Of a DNA stretch of 64,000 bases, positions 12,258-22,600 are shown one piece after another (within the stretch, counting starts at the first letter, position 1; each line of letters starts with the position of its first letter). The position numbers and the translations under genes were made by a program. The stretch is from NCBI GenBank assembly GCA_029552745.1, contig JAKPDK010000070.1, positions 325,268-389,267 on the forward strand, read 5' to 3'. Below the pieces are notes generated by a model that saw only the letters and a program-made list of their open reading frames with translations, searched no databases and was not told the DNA's origin. The DNA comes from Candidatus Hydrogenedentota bacterium. GTDB lineage: Bacteria; Hydrogenedentota; Hydrogenedentia; Hydrogenedentales; SLHB01.

Positions 12258-13382
12258 TTGATGTTCTTTATTGGTGTTTTTACAACTTTATGGAGTGCTG
12301 TTACGCCGGTTTCGTCCCCAGACCTTCCCGTGAGTCTCATTTGTGTCGAGGCGGAGTCGGGATGGGTTTTGACTGAATCTAATGCGGATTTGCCGCGTCC
12401 GCCCGCCAGCATGATAAAGATGATGTTGATGTTGCTTGTAGCCGAGGGACTAGAGGCAAACGCTTGGACGCTAGAGACTCCCATAACGGTAACGGCGCAT
12501 GCAGCAGGTATTGGCGGTTCCCAGGTCTATTTGAAGGAAGGAGAGGTCTGGCCTCTGGACCACATGATGCGGGCGGTATGTGTTGCATCAGCTAATGATG
12601 CGGCTATGGCTGTTGCCGAAGCACTTTGGGGAAGTGAGTCCGCCTATTTGGAGGCTGCGAATCGCCGTGCAAAAGCGTTGGGATTGAGCGAAACCCGCAT
12701 CAATAGTGTTCATGGTTTGCCGCCGGATCCCGGTCAGGAGTTTGACAGGACGACTGCGCGGGACATGGCAACCTTGGCGCGTTGGTGTGTGAAAAAAACC
12801 ATCTTATTGGAGTGGGCTCGGCAGAAGGAACTGCAGTTCCGGCCTGGTGAAAGTGTCAAGTACAACACCAATAAACTCTTGTGGCGTATGGCTGAATGCG
12901 ACGGCCTAAAAACCGGCTATACACGGGCTGCTGGTTTTTGTGTCACGGCGACGGCGGTTCGGGACGGAGTGCGTTTGATTGGTGTGGTTATGGGTGAGAA
13001 GCAATTGCAAGAACGGTTCAACACGGGACAAGCTCTTCTCGAAGGGGTCTTTTCGGAACTTCGCCGTGTTCCTTATTTGACGAAAGGTCAGCCGGTAGGC
13101 CCGCAGATCCGGGTGGCTAATTCTCCTGTGGACCAGATTCTTTTAGTGAGTCGCGAGGACATCCATGTAGCCGTAAGGGAAAAAGACCGGTCTCGCTTAA
13201 CCTTGGTTGTACAATGTCCGGAAAGACTGCGCGCTCCCTTGTATCCCGGCGACGAGGTGGGTCTGGGCTTGGTGCAGATTGAAGGCTACACCTTGGCGAA
13301 AATTCCCCTTACAGTTTCTTCAGAAGTACCAGAAGGTGGGTGGCGTTGGAAACTTGCCAAGTCCGCCCTACGACACAACTAA
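12258..13382 (+). CDS. D-alanyl-D-alanine carboxypeptidase (peptidase S11)
   Basis: ASMIK (SxxK), SAN (SxN), GLKTGYT (KTG), PBP5-like C-terminal domain. Confidence 0.93.
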   Translation: MMFFIGVFTTLWSAVTPVSSPDLPVSLICVEAESGWVLTESNADLPRPPASMIKMMLMLLVAEGLEANAWTLETPITVTAHAAGIGGSQVYLKEGEVWPLDHMMRAVCVASANDAAMAVAEALWGSESAYLEAANRRAKALGLSETRINSVHGLPPDPGQEFDRTTARDMATLARWCVKKTILLEWARQKELQFRPGESVKYNTNKLLWRMAECDGLKTGYTRAAGFCVTATAVRDGVRLIGVVMGEKQLQERFNTGQALLEGVFSELRRVPYLTKGQPVGPQIRVANSPVDQILLVSREDIHVAVREKDRSRLTLVVQCPERLRAPLYPGDEVGLGLVQIEGYTLAKIPLTVSSEVPEGGWRWKLAKSALRHN

Positions 13383-13406
13383 GTATATCTGTACTGATAG
13401 GATGCG

Positions 13407-14069
13407 TCAGGTCTTGCCCTGTTGTGCGGCGGAAGACCTTAGGCGCATGATGGCCTCTTTGTATGATGGGTTATTGTAAATATAGGAACCCGCCACCAAA
13501 ACATTTGCACCGGCCTTAACGACCTCTGGGGCAGTTAGCGGGTCTATGCCGCCGTCAACCTCCAGGTCTCTTTCTCCCAACATGGAGCGAACGTAACTGA
13601 TTTTCCTTATCATTTCCGGAATAAACTTTTGTCCGCCAAAGCCCGGGTTCACGGTCATGATGAGGACCATGTCTACGTACTCCACCAAGAACTCGATTTC
13701 GTCTTGGGACGTTCCGGGATTTAAGACAATTCCAGCTTGGCAACCGAGGTCTTTGATCTTCATCAGCGTGCGATGAGGATGCAACGCTGCCTCAACATGA
13801 AACGTGATGATATCAGCACCGGCATTGGCGAAGTCTTCAACAAACTCATCGGGATTTGTAATCATAAGATGTACATCAAGAGGGACGCTCGCGTGTTCCC
13901 GCAAGCGGGCAACCACCGGCGGGCCGATGGTAATGTTCGGGGTAAAATGGCCATCCATCACGTCTACATGAATCCAATCGGCGCCGGCTTCTATGACGGC
14001 ACGAATTTCTTCTCCGAGTCGGCTAAAATCTGAAGACAAAATCGACGGAGCAATCTTAAGCTGGGGCAC
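13407..14069 (-). CDS. rpe: ribulose-phosphate 3-epimerase
   Basis: IAPSILSSDF, HVDVMDGHF, DVHLM, MTVNPGFGGQ, EVDGGI; GTG at 14069 after AGGAGG. Confidence 0.96.
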   Translation of the reverse strand: MPQLKIAPSILSSDFSRLGEEIRAVIEAGADWIHVDVMDGHFTPNITIGPPVVARLREHASVPLDVHLMITNPDEFVEDFANAGADIITFHVEAALHPHRTLMKIKDLGCQAGIVLNPGTSQDEIEFLVEYVDMVLIMTVNPGFGGQKFIPEMIRKISYVRSMLGERDLEVDGGIDPLTAPEVVKAGANVLVAGSYIYNNPSYKEAIMRLRSSAAQQGKT

Positions 14070-15228
14070 TGTTTTCTCCTCCTGAAACGTCAAAATCCCT
14101 GACGACGGGTTCTGCGTCGCCTTCAAAGAAAAATGATTTTGCTTTGTTTCCGTCTAAATAGATTTCAACGGTAACTTGTTCTTCGTAAAGCAAAGGTTGT
14201 GTGATACGTGTTCCTGCATCGTATTTTGGGGGTTGCCCATCCTCATAGTCTTCTAAACGAGGAAATAATTGAAACGGTATTCCGTCTTTACCGATGGCAA
14301 CGATTCTCACTTCCTTTCGAAATAGTCCCTGGGGAACTGTAAATACGACTGATGCTTCCCGCCAAGCACCGGGGATTTTATTGTCAGACCGTATACGGAA
14401 CTTGACCACCGTGCCTGGTGTCACGGGGGTGTTTGGAACGGGGTCCTGATCCAAAACTATATCGAGTGGTGCGTCTGCGCGGCGCACCAAGATGGGGCGT
14501 GGCTCCAAACCAAGTTCGGTTAGTGTCGTTGACGCATGGGTGTACGAGAGTCCGGTGATATTTGGCATGGCAAAATTGCGCGCCGTTCCTGAGCCTGAAC
14601 TTACGAGCAACGCGATATTGCTTCCCCGGGGTGCCCGTTTGCCCGGAGGGGGATCTTGGCCGATGACCATACCCGGTGGGGAAGCACTGGGGATCCGTGC
14701 CACTGGTAGTATCAGAGAAAACTGACTTGTGGTTGTTATACCTTGTTCTACCTCAGAAAGTGACTTTCCAATATAGCGAGGGACTTCCTCCAGATCGGGA
14801 CCAACACTTACCACCAAATCGACTCGTCTCCCCGTTCGAACCACTTTCCCTGCCGCGGGACGTTGGGCAATGACCGTATTAGCGGGTTCGGATGCCGAGA
14901 GTTTTTCTTCTGTTTTCCCCACTTGCAATCCCGAACGATAAATCTCCTCATAGGCGGAACTAAGCGGTTGGTTCACCACGTTCGGAATAGCGACATAATT
15001 CCCGCCTTGGACAGAGTGGAGAAAGACCAAGTAGCCCGCGGCTGCCATTGCTCCAAATAGAAGGGCTGTTGCGACAGTCCACTTTAAGGACCATCCGACA
15101 AAGCGGAAAAAAAACACAGTCAGATTTAGGATTGTTTCCGCAATCTTGTCCAGAAAAAGCCGTCCATATTGTCGCGATGGGGCAGTGTTTGATAAATCCC
15201 GGTTTTTTTTCGCCATTTGTTTAGCCAT
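14056..15228 (-). CDS. membrane-anchored PASTA-domain protein (3 PASTA repeats, no kinase domain)
   Basis: One TM then IPNVVN...VIAQRP, VPRYIG...VIGQDP, MPNITG...VLDQDP; start uncertain because the longest ORF overlaps rsmB by ~100 nt. Confidence 0.85.
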   Translation of the reverse strand: MAKQMAKKNRDLSNTAPSRQYGRLFLDKIAETILNLTVFFFRFVGWSLKWTVATALLFGAMAAAGYLVFLHSVQGGNYVAIPNVVNQPLSSAYEEIYRSGLQVGKTEEKLSASEPANTVIAQRPAAGKVVRTGRRVDLVVSVGPDLEEVPRYIGKSLSEVEQGITTTSQFSLILPVARIPSASPPGMVIGQDPPPGKRAPRGSNIALLVSSGSGTARNFAMPNITGLSYTHASTTLTELGLEPRPILVRRADAPLDIVLDQDPVPNTPVTPGTVVKFRIRSDNKIPGAWREASVVFTVPQGLFRKEVRIVAIGKDGIPFQLFPRLEDYEDGQPPKYDAGTRITQPLLYEEQVTVEIYLDGNKAKSFFFEGDAEPVVRDFDVSGGENSAPA

Positions 15229-16463
15229 TCCGGACCGTCTTCTGGTATAACTGACTCGGTAGCAATAATTCTGTCAATCACCTTTTCAGTTTCTGCGGGG
15301 GTAAACGTGCAGACTCCGTAAACAAGGACGCCGTCATTTTTGCAAAGCGATATAGCGGAACGCAAGAGTCTCTCCTGCATGGTGCTGCAGTTCTCCAGGT
15401 CTTCGTGTTGCAATCTCCACTTGATGTCTGGATGTCTTCGCAGGGTACCTAGTCCGCTGCAAGGGGCATCTACCAGGACGCGATCAAACGACTTCTCTTG
15501 AAAAGGCGGCGTTAAACCATTGGCGCAGACGACGTGAACTCCCTCGGCGTTAAGACGAAGGACGTTCTGGATGATTAATTTGGTTCTTCCAAAGTGGACG
15601 TCGGCAGCAATGATCCGGGCTTGTTTACCTGTCTTTTCGGCAAGGTGCGTTGTCTTTCCTCCGGGAGCCGCACAGATATCCAGTATGAGATCTTTTGATT
15701 TTGGTTCCAGAAGATGACAGCCCAGCATCGCAGCGGGATCTTGCATCATACAAAAGCCTTCTCGAAACCACTTTGAACGAATTGAAAGGCTGCCTTTCAG
15801 CAGGGTGACTTCTTCAGGTATGGGTGTTTCTTTTGACGCAGGGAAACCTTCATCTATCAAATTCTGGAGGAAATCTTTGGGTTCGATACGGCTTGTGTTT
15901 ACCCTTAACGTAGCCGGGGCAGGTTCTTCTAAGGCTTGACATAATTGTTTGGTTTCTTCGATACCCAACTGTGCTATCCACATTTCCAAGATCCATGTCG
16001 GAACAGAATAGCGAGTCCTTAAAAATTCTATTGGCTCATTCCGAGGATTTGGGAGTGGCACATTGTCCAAAGACTTTGGTAGTCGCCGTACGACAGCATT
16101 CACGAGACGTGCGGTGCCGGAATGGCCATATTTTTTTGCGAGCTCGACGCTTGTGTGGGTCAATGCCGGTGGCGTGACCTGATTACAAAACAAGGCTTGA
16201 AAGGCAGCCATCCGCAAAATAGCTAATATGGGACGAGGCAGATGTTCCAGCGGTTGCGTGACCAAGCGTTGGAGTATGTGGTCTACCAGCAGCCTATGTC
16301 TCACGGTTCCGCATACGAGTTGAGTGAAAAAACGTTTTCCTCGCTCGCTAAGTTGTTTCTTACTTAGCAAGGCATCACTTGCTAAATCAAGAAAAGCGCC
16401 GTGTTCGAACACACGAAGGAGGACTTGCACGGCAGCATCTCGGACGGGATCAACTTTTGGCAT
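15126..16463 (-). CDS. rsmB: 16S rRNA m5C967 methyltransferase
   Basis: NusB-like N-terminus, LDICAAPGGKT, DAPCSGLG, PDIKW, YGVCT. Confidence 0.94.
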   Translation of the reverse strand: MPKVDPVRDAAVQVLLRVFEHGAFLDLASDALLSKKQLSERGKRFFTQLVCGTVRHRLLVDHILQRLVTQPLEHLPRPILAILRMAAFQALFCNQVTPPALTHTSVELAKKYGHSGTARLVNAVVRRLPKSLDNVPLPNPRNEPIEFLRTRYSVPTWILEMWIAQLGIEETKQLCQALEEPAPATLRVNTSRIEPKDFLQNLIDEGFPASKETPIPEEVTLLKGSLSIRSKWFREGFCMMQDPAAMLGCHLLEPKSKDLILDICAAPGGKTTHLAEKTGKQARIIAADVHFGRTKLIIQNVLRLNAEGVHVVCANGLTPPFQEKSFDRVLVDAPCSGLGTLRRHPDIKWRLQHEDLENCSTMQERLLRSAISLCKNDGVLVYGVCTFTPAETEKVIDRIIATESVIPEDGPEWLNKWRKKTGIYQTLPHRDNMDGFFWTRLRKQS

Positions 16464-17396
16464 CTAGGTCGTTTCGAATTTAGAGCCCACGTCAATTTTC
16501 CTGCCACGTAAGAATTCCGCAGTAGTCATCCGACGTTTTCCGGGCATCTGGAGTTCGCGAATAGCAAGGGTACCTTCCCCGGTTGCAACGATAATAGCAT
16601 CTTTTGTGACTTCCGTGATGGTTCCCGGTTCTGCGGGGGCGGTACTCTGCAAGGGCTCTGTTTTGAAGATTCTCATGGTTTCTCCCCGATAGCTGGAAAA
16701 GGCAACAGGCCAAGGAATCGCGGCTCGTACGAGATTATGAATGGCTATCGCGGGCTTATTCCAGTGTATTAGGCCGTCGGATTTTTCGAAGAGTTTACAA
16801 TAGGTCGCCTGAGAGTCATCTTGCGGGGTAAATGAAGCCCGGCCTGTCTCCAATAACGTTATCGCTTCATTCAGTAAAGTGGCGCCAACTTGTGCTAGTC
16901 GATTTGTAAGGGAAAGCGACGTATCTTCAGGATAAATGGGAGCCTCTACTTGGAGCATGATAGGACCCGCATCCATTTCTAGCGTGACTTTCATAATCGT
17001 CACGCCTGTTTTTGTTTCTCCGTTCAGGATCGATGTCTGAATGGGTGAAGGACCTCTGTATTTGGGTAGCAGGCTAGGGTGAATGTTGAGAAACCCCATA
17101 CGGGGCACATCCAGGATGGGCTGTTTGAGAAGGCGGCCGTACGCCGCGACAACACATAAGTCGGGCGCGTGCGTTCTTAACCAGGCTTCGAACGTTCCAT
17201 CATTGAGTTTTTCTGGTTGACACACGGTCACGCCGTGTTGAATAGCCCACTCCTTCACAGGTGGCGGGACAGGTTTTCTGCCGCGTCCTTGTTCCTTGTC
17301 AGGTTGACAGACTACGGCCAGAAGGTTTGTGCGGCGGCGCAGGACTTCAAGCGCGGGAATACCTAGTTCTGGTGTACCGAAAAAGATAGTGCGCAT
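16464..17396 (-). CDS. fmt: methionyl-tRNA formyltransferase
   Basis: IFFGTP, QPDKEQGRG, AYGRLL, NIHPSLLPKYRGPSPI, MDAG. Confidence 0.96.
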   Translation of the reverse strand: MRTIFFGTPELGIPALEVLRRRTNLLAVVCQPDKEQGRGRKPVPPPVKEWAIQHGVTVCQPEKLNDGTFEAWLRTHAPDLCVVAAYGRLLKQPILDVPRMGFLNIHPSLLPKYRGPSPIQTSILNGETKTGVTIMKVTLEMDAGPIMLQVEAPIYPEDTSLSLTNRLAQVGATLLNEAITLLETGRASFTPQDDSQATYCKLFEKSDGLIHWNKPAIAIHNLVRAAIPWPVAFSSYRGETMRIFKTEPLQSTAPAEPGTITEVTKDAIIVATGEGTLAIRELQMPGKRRMTTAEFLRGRKIDVGSKFETT

Positions 17397-17436
17397 TGTG
17401 TGTTTTGAAAAAGTAGAAGAATTTTTATCAGACAAA

Positions 17437-17775
17437 TTAAGTAGTCAGCCCAGGGATATCTAATCCCCCTGTAATCTCACGCATTTTGTTTTCCACTATT
17501 TCTTGGACTTTTCTCACTGCCTCATTGATGGCAGCTTTCACCAGGGTTTCTAAAGTTTCCGGGTCATTTTGGTCAATGATTTCGGGATCGATATGGATGG
17601 AGATCACTTCAAATCGTCCTGTCATGACTACGACGACCATGCCCCCGCCAGCGGATGCTTCAATGGTCAGTTCGCCCAGTTGTGTTTTAAGTTCTTCTAC
17701 TCGGGCTTTCAGGTCCATTGCCTGTTTCAGCATGCCCGTAAGATTGCCCAGATTTCCAAGACCTTTGGGTAGCAC
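17437..17775 (-). CDS. ybaB: YbaB/EbfC nucleoid-associated protein
   Basis: MLKQA, ASAGGGMV, LETLVKAAINEA, ITGGLDIPG. Confidence 0.92.
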   Translation of the reverse strand: MLPKGLGNLGNLTGMLKQAMDLKARVEELKTQLGELTIEASAGGGMVVVVMTGRFEVISIHIDPEIIDQNDPETLETLVKAAINEAVRKVQEIVENKMREITGGLDIPGLTT

Positions 17776-17893
17776 GTTTTAACACCTTTCGATTGGTTTC
17801 GTTCCTTTCTGCAAGTGATCATGATACACAATAAGTACTATAATAGGAAATTGAGAAGGGTCTCAGGACTGAGAATATCCTTTTCGGAGGAGA

Positions 17894-17937
17894 TTAAGAA
17901 AATTCTAACGAAAATTTCATAAGATTTCGTGTAGAAT
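17894..17937 (+). promoter_or_regulatory. putative Pho-box-like (OmpR/PhoB family) direct repeats plus -10 box
   Basis: TTAAGA (17894), CTAACG (17905), TTCATA (17916) at 11-bp period, then TAGAAT (17932) with no -35. Confidence 0.45.
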
Positions 17938-17972
17938 CTCATTTGCCCAGTGAAAACGAGGGAGTCCATTAC

Positions 17973-18821
17973 ATGTCTGCAGAAATTCCCCTGACCACTG
18001 CACTTACGATAGGGACACCCAATTTATCAAGTGGTACGTTTGCCAAGTGGAACGAGGTAGACGTTGCTGTTTTTCCGGAGAAGACGAGGGGTATTTATGG
18101 GGTTGGTGTCGTTTCTTCCGACCGGGCGCTTGAAGAGGTTTTGCGTCTACGTTATGAAGTTTTTAATTTGGAGTTGGGGGAAGGACTACCAGAATCTTTT
18201 TTAACGGGGCTTGACCGAGATGAATTTGATGACCAAATGACCCATTTGGTCCTTTTGGATATGGCTACCTCTCGTATTGTGGGTACTTACCGGTTGCAGA
18301 CTGTCCAGCATGCACTAGCCGCAAAAGGGTTGTATTGTTCCAAAGAATTTGATCTGACGCCGCTTACTCCCTATTTCCCGCTGGCGGTTGAATCGGGCAG
18401 GGCGTGTATTGCGCGGGAACACCGCTGTTTTGCTGCTGTTCTAACCTTGTGGTTAGGTATCGGGGAGTTTATGAACTTTTATGGTCAGCGATATGTTTTT
18501 GGTTGCTGTTCTATAACAACTCGAGACCCTGACGACGGTTGGCGGGCGATGAAGACAATCATGGCGAAGCAATATTTGCATCGAGATCTCCGTCTGAAAG
18601 CTCAACAAGCCTATCGCTGCGGGGAGCCCGAACGGTTGTATGACCCGACCCTTGGGAATGCCATTTCTCTGCCGAAGCTTTTTCGTGTTTACATGGGCTT
18701 GGGAGCGAAAGTGGTTTCGGAGCCTGCAATAGATCGAGACTTCGGCACTGTGGATTTTCTTGTCATGTTGGATGGTTTTCAAGTTGCCCTTTCGGGTCTG
18801 GACGTACTTAAGAAGAGTTAA
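17973..18821 (+). CDS. GNAT-family N-acyl amino acid synthase (OlsB-like)
   Basis: LRLRYEVFNLE, DRDEFD, IVGTYRL, ESGRACI, FGCCS, LPKLFRVY, PAIDRDFGTVDF. Confidence 0.85.
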   Translation: MSAEIPLTTALTIGTPNLSSGTFAKWNEVDVAVFPEKTRGIYGVGVVSSDRALEEVLRLRYEVFNLELGEGLPESFLTGLDRDEFDDQMTHLVLLDMATSRIVGTYRLQTVQHALAAKGLYCSKEFDLTPLTPYFPLAVESGRACIAREHRCFAAVLTLWLGIGEFMNFYGQRYVFGCCSITTRDPDDGWRAMKTIMAKQYLHRDLRLKAQQAYRCGEPERLYDPTLGNAISLPKLFRVYMGLGAKVVSEPAIDRDFGTVDFLVMLDGFQVALSGLDVLKKS

Positions 18822-18822
18822 G

Positions 18823-19662
18823 ATGAGTGGTTTTAAGGGTGGGACCGTGACCACTTTGGCTGCTGATGGTGCTGTAAAAGCGGCGAAGTGGCATCCGATA
18901 TTGGCGGTATGCCGACTCGGTGCCGTGTGTGTTGTCACCCTCCTTTCTTATTGCGGGTTTTTATTACAGGCAAGGTTTGAGGTTCCAACCAAGAAATTGA
19001 CAGTCGCCAAGTGCTGGACACGTCGGTGGGCGAAAGCACTCGCCCGAATTTTGGGAATTCACATTGAAAGCAATGGCATTGCTGCGGCTAACGGCGTGCT
19101 CCTGGTTCCCAATCATTCGGGTTATGTGGATGATATTGCGTTGGCTTCTCTCGTGGAATGTTTCTTCGTTGGAAAGATCGAAGTCACTTCATGGCCGGTT
19201 ATCGGGCGGTTGTTCTGCTCGACTTATCAAATCTCAGTTAGTCGAGATGATTTCCTTGGCCTGGATGAAGCAGTGACGAAGGTTTCGGATCGTTTACGCG
19301 CAGGACACACCGTTTGTGTTTTTCCTGAGGGGACATCGACGGGTAACGATTGTATGTTACCCTTTCGTTCGCCGATGTTTGAAGCGGCTCTTCTCGCTGA
19401 GGCGCCGATTGTGCCAGTCGGTATTCGGTGGAGCGCTAGTGACCCAAGTATCCAAATCAGCGAGGATGTGGCTTATTGGAAGGATCATATCTTTGCGAAA
19501 CACGCCTGGCGGCTGCTTGGTTTGCGAGGGATTCACGTCAAAATCGTTTTTGGAGAGCCGCTGGACGGCAAAGGGAAGGATCGGAAAACACTCGCGCGGC
19601 TTGCCCAAGAACGCATTGCCAACATGACAGGACTTCCCGTAAGGCGCGGACCAGAATTGTAA
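18823..19662 (+). CDS. lysophospholipid/lyso-aminolipid acyltransferase (PlsC/OlsA-like)
   Basis: NHSGYVD (HxxxxD), WPVIG, VFPEGTS, PFRSPMF; starts 1 nt after the OlsB-like gene. Confidence 0.88.
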   Translation: MSGFKGGTVTTLAADGAVKAAKWHPILAVCRLGAVCVVTLLSYCGFLLQARFEVPTKKLTVAKCWTRRWAKALARILGIHIESNGIAAANGVLLVPNHSGYVDDIALASLVECFFVGKIEVTSWPVIGRLFCSTYQISVSRDDFLGLDEAVTKVSDRLRAGHTVCVFPEGTSTGNDCMLPFRSPMFEAALLAEAPIVPVGIRWSASDPSIQISEDVAYWKDHIFAKHAWRLLGLRGIHVKIVFGEPLDGKGKDRKTLARLAQERIANMTGLPVRRGPEL

Positions 19663-19689
19663 TTACTTGCCTCCTGCCACACGTCTCCG

Positions 19690-22600
19690 TCAAGAAGAAG
19701 GGCTCTCATAAGGAGTTGCAACCGCGGCCTCTTGATTTTCCTCAGAACGAGTTAAACGTGCATGGGCAAGGTCTTCGATGATCACATAAACGGCGGGCAC
19801 AATAACCAAAGATATTAAGGTTGCAATCAAGATGCCGTAGCCGAGTGAAAGCGCCATTGGAATAAGGAATTTTGCTTGTCTTGACGTCTCAAATATCATA
19901 GGCGCCAACCCACCAAAGGTTGTCAATGTGGTTAACATGATTGGCCTGAAACGCTGGATTGCAGCTTCGTGGATGGCTTCCCGGTGATTGATTTTTCTCT
20001 CTTCTTGCAATCGGTTGGCAAAATCGATCATTACTAGAGAGGCATTTACTACCACCCCTGCTAACGCCACAATCCCAAAGATACTTGGTATCGATAGGTC
20101 ATATCCCATGAGTAAGTGACCAAGCAAGGCACCGACAATCCCGAAAGGAATGCTCAGCATCACCACAAGCGGCTGGGTGTAGCTGCGGAATGGGATAGCA
20201 AGTAGAGCATAGATTGCCAGCAATGCCAAAAGAAATGTGACTTTCAAACTTGCCATACTATCGCGGATTTGGGCTTGTTGTCCCTCAAAACTATAGCTTA
20301 AGCCCGGATGATTCTTGACAAACTGGGGTAAAACATTATCGGATAAGTCCGCAAGCACCTCATTTAACTTTCTTCTCGGGGTAATATCTGCGGTTACCTG
20401 AATGACCCGTCGCCCATTTCTTCGTTCAATCGTAGTATAAGCCCGATCACGCTGAAACATGGCGATTTCTCGAAATGGAACGAATGCCCCGGATGGGGTT
20501 CTGATAAGCAGATTTTCGATGGTGTGTTCGGAGGAACGTTCTGCTTTGGGGAGACGCACCATTACTTTTATTTCGTTTCTGCCTCGCTGCTGGCGGAGCA
20601 CTTCAGCCCCATAGAACGCATGGCGAAGTTGCCGTGCCACTTCCCGCGGTGTCAACCCCAAACTTCTGCCCTCAGGTTTCAACATAAAATTGATCTGGGG
20701 CTTGCCTGGACGGAACCCGTCATCTACATCAGACACGCCAGGGTAGGAAGCCAGAATTGCAGCAAGTTCTGGGCCGGCTTTCTCTAACATGCTCATGTCT
20801 CGGTGGCTCAACTCAACAGTTATGGGGCGAGCACCGCCGCCGGGTCCACCCGACTCCGAACTGAATCGTAGTGATTTTACTCCAGGTACTTCGCCTGTTT
20901 CGGCGCGCCAACGTTGAACAAATTCCTCTGTGCCCATGATTTTTTTTCGGATTTCAGGTTCGGGCAGCTGGACGCGCACTCTGCCCGCATGGCTTCCCCC
21001 TTGCCCAATATCAGCGATGATCCCTTGACAAAGCTCGGGGTGGCCTGATTGCTCGACAACTCGCAGCGCGGCTTCTTGAATCTTGTCAACAATAGCCCTG
21101 GTCTGCTGGACAGGGGCGCCATAGGGCAGTTCCACGCGAGCGTCAGCAAAATCGGATTCTACTATGGGGAATTGTTGAAATCCCATTCTGCCGCTCATGG
21201 CATAGGAGACGGATAGCGCGAGAGAAGCAAGAGCCAGTGCGATGCAGAGATATCGGTGACGAATCACCATCCATAGGAAGGGGCCGTATATATCGCGGAC
21301 CCAATGCATGAATTTTCGGCTGAACCATTGTTGCTTTTCATGCAACCAACGGTTGATGCCTTGGCGGCGGCGTTCTTTAGCATGTCCCAGCTGAGCGGGG
21401 AGGATGTAGAGGCATTGTACCAATGATATTAGAAAAACAACGGTAATCACTACGGGGATCATCCTGAAGATCTTGCCTAGGAACCCTGGGATAAAATAAA
21501 TGGGAACGAAGGAAGCGATGTTGGTTAAGATACTGTACGTGACTGCTGTACTCACCTCCTCCGAGGCATATCTGGCAGCTTCCAGTAATTTCATCCCTTT
21601 TTGGTGGTAATGATATACATTCTCTCCAACCACGATTCCCACATCGACCACCATGCCCAACGCCAGGATATAGGCAAATAAAGAAACCATGTTGATTGTG
21701 ACATCCGTAGCGGGCAGAAGAAGAAACGAACCCAAGAACGCTATTGGGATGCTGGTCATGACCCAAAATGCAAGACGTGCCTCCAAAAAAAGCCCCAAAA
21801 TGATGAGCACCAATAGGAGCCCTTCTGCGCCGTTCTTAAGCAAGAGCGTCAGACGTTGTTTATAAATATCAGATTGATCGTTGTAGACAGAGACCGATAC
21901 GCCCGAAGGCAGGGTGGTTTGGAATTCTTCGAGAATTTTTCTTGCAGCTCGGGAAACTTGGATCGGCGTTTCTTTGCCCACCCGAAATACATCCAGCAAA
22001 ACAGCTGGTTTGCCATTGTACAAGGAGTAACGGTCGGTTTCGGCAAAACTATCATTAATGGAGGCGATATCGTTTAGGAGTTGTTGTGTTCCCTTTGGTG
22101 TGTTTAATATGGGCAACTTAGCGAACTGTTCTCCGTAATCTCGTCGCTCTTTGGAGCGTACCAATACCTCGCCACTTTCGGTCTTCACTCCACCGGACGG
22201 GATGTCTTGAGAGGCAACCGCCAAGCGCGATGCGATTTCCCCTAACGTCAAATTATACTGTCGGAGGGCATTCTCTGGTACCTCGATACTAATTTCCAGG
22301 GGTGGAAGGCCCTCCACATCCACTTGGGTAATGTCAGGTGATTGTATCAACCAGTCCCGGAGCTGCTCAGCAAGCTGGTGAAGGCTGGTGTCAGGGAGGT
22401 CGCCGTAAATGACAGCAGTCAATACCTCGCGACGGCGTGTGTCAATGCGTACTTGGGGCTCTTCAGCGTCTTCGGGGAAAGTGACGATACGGTCCACTTC
22501 GCTTTTCACATCCTGTCCAAGTTGTTGAATGTCGACTCCGACGAGCGCTTCAACTGTGACGGCGCCTCCGCCTTCGCGTGCCATAGAGGTCACTTCGTGA

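Noticed and set aside
17861..17874. TCTCAG-GA-CTGAGA palindrome as an operator
   Set aside because: Single instance with no candidate regulator; cannot be distinguished from chance
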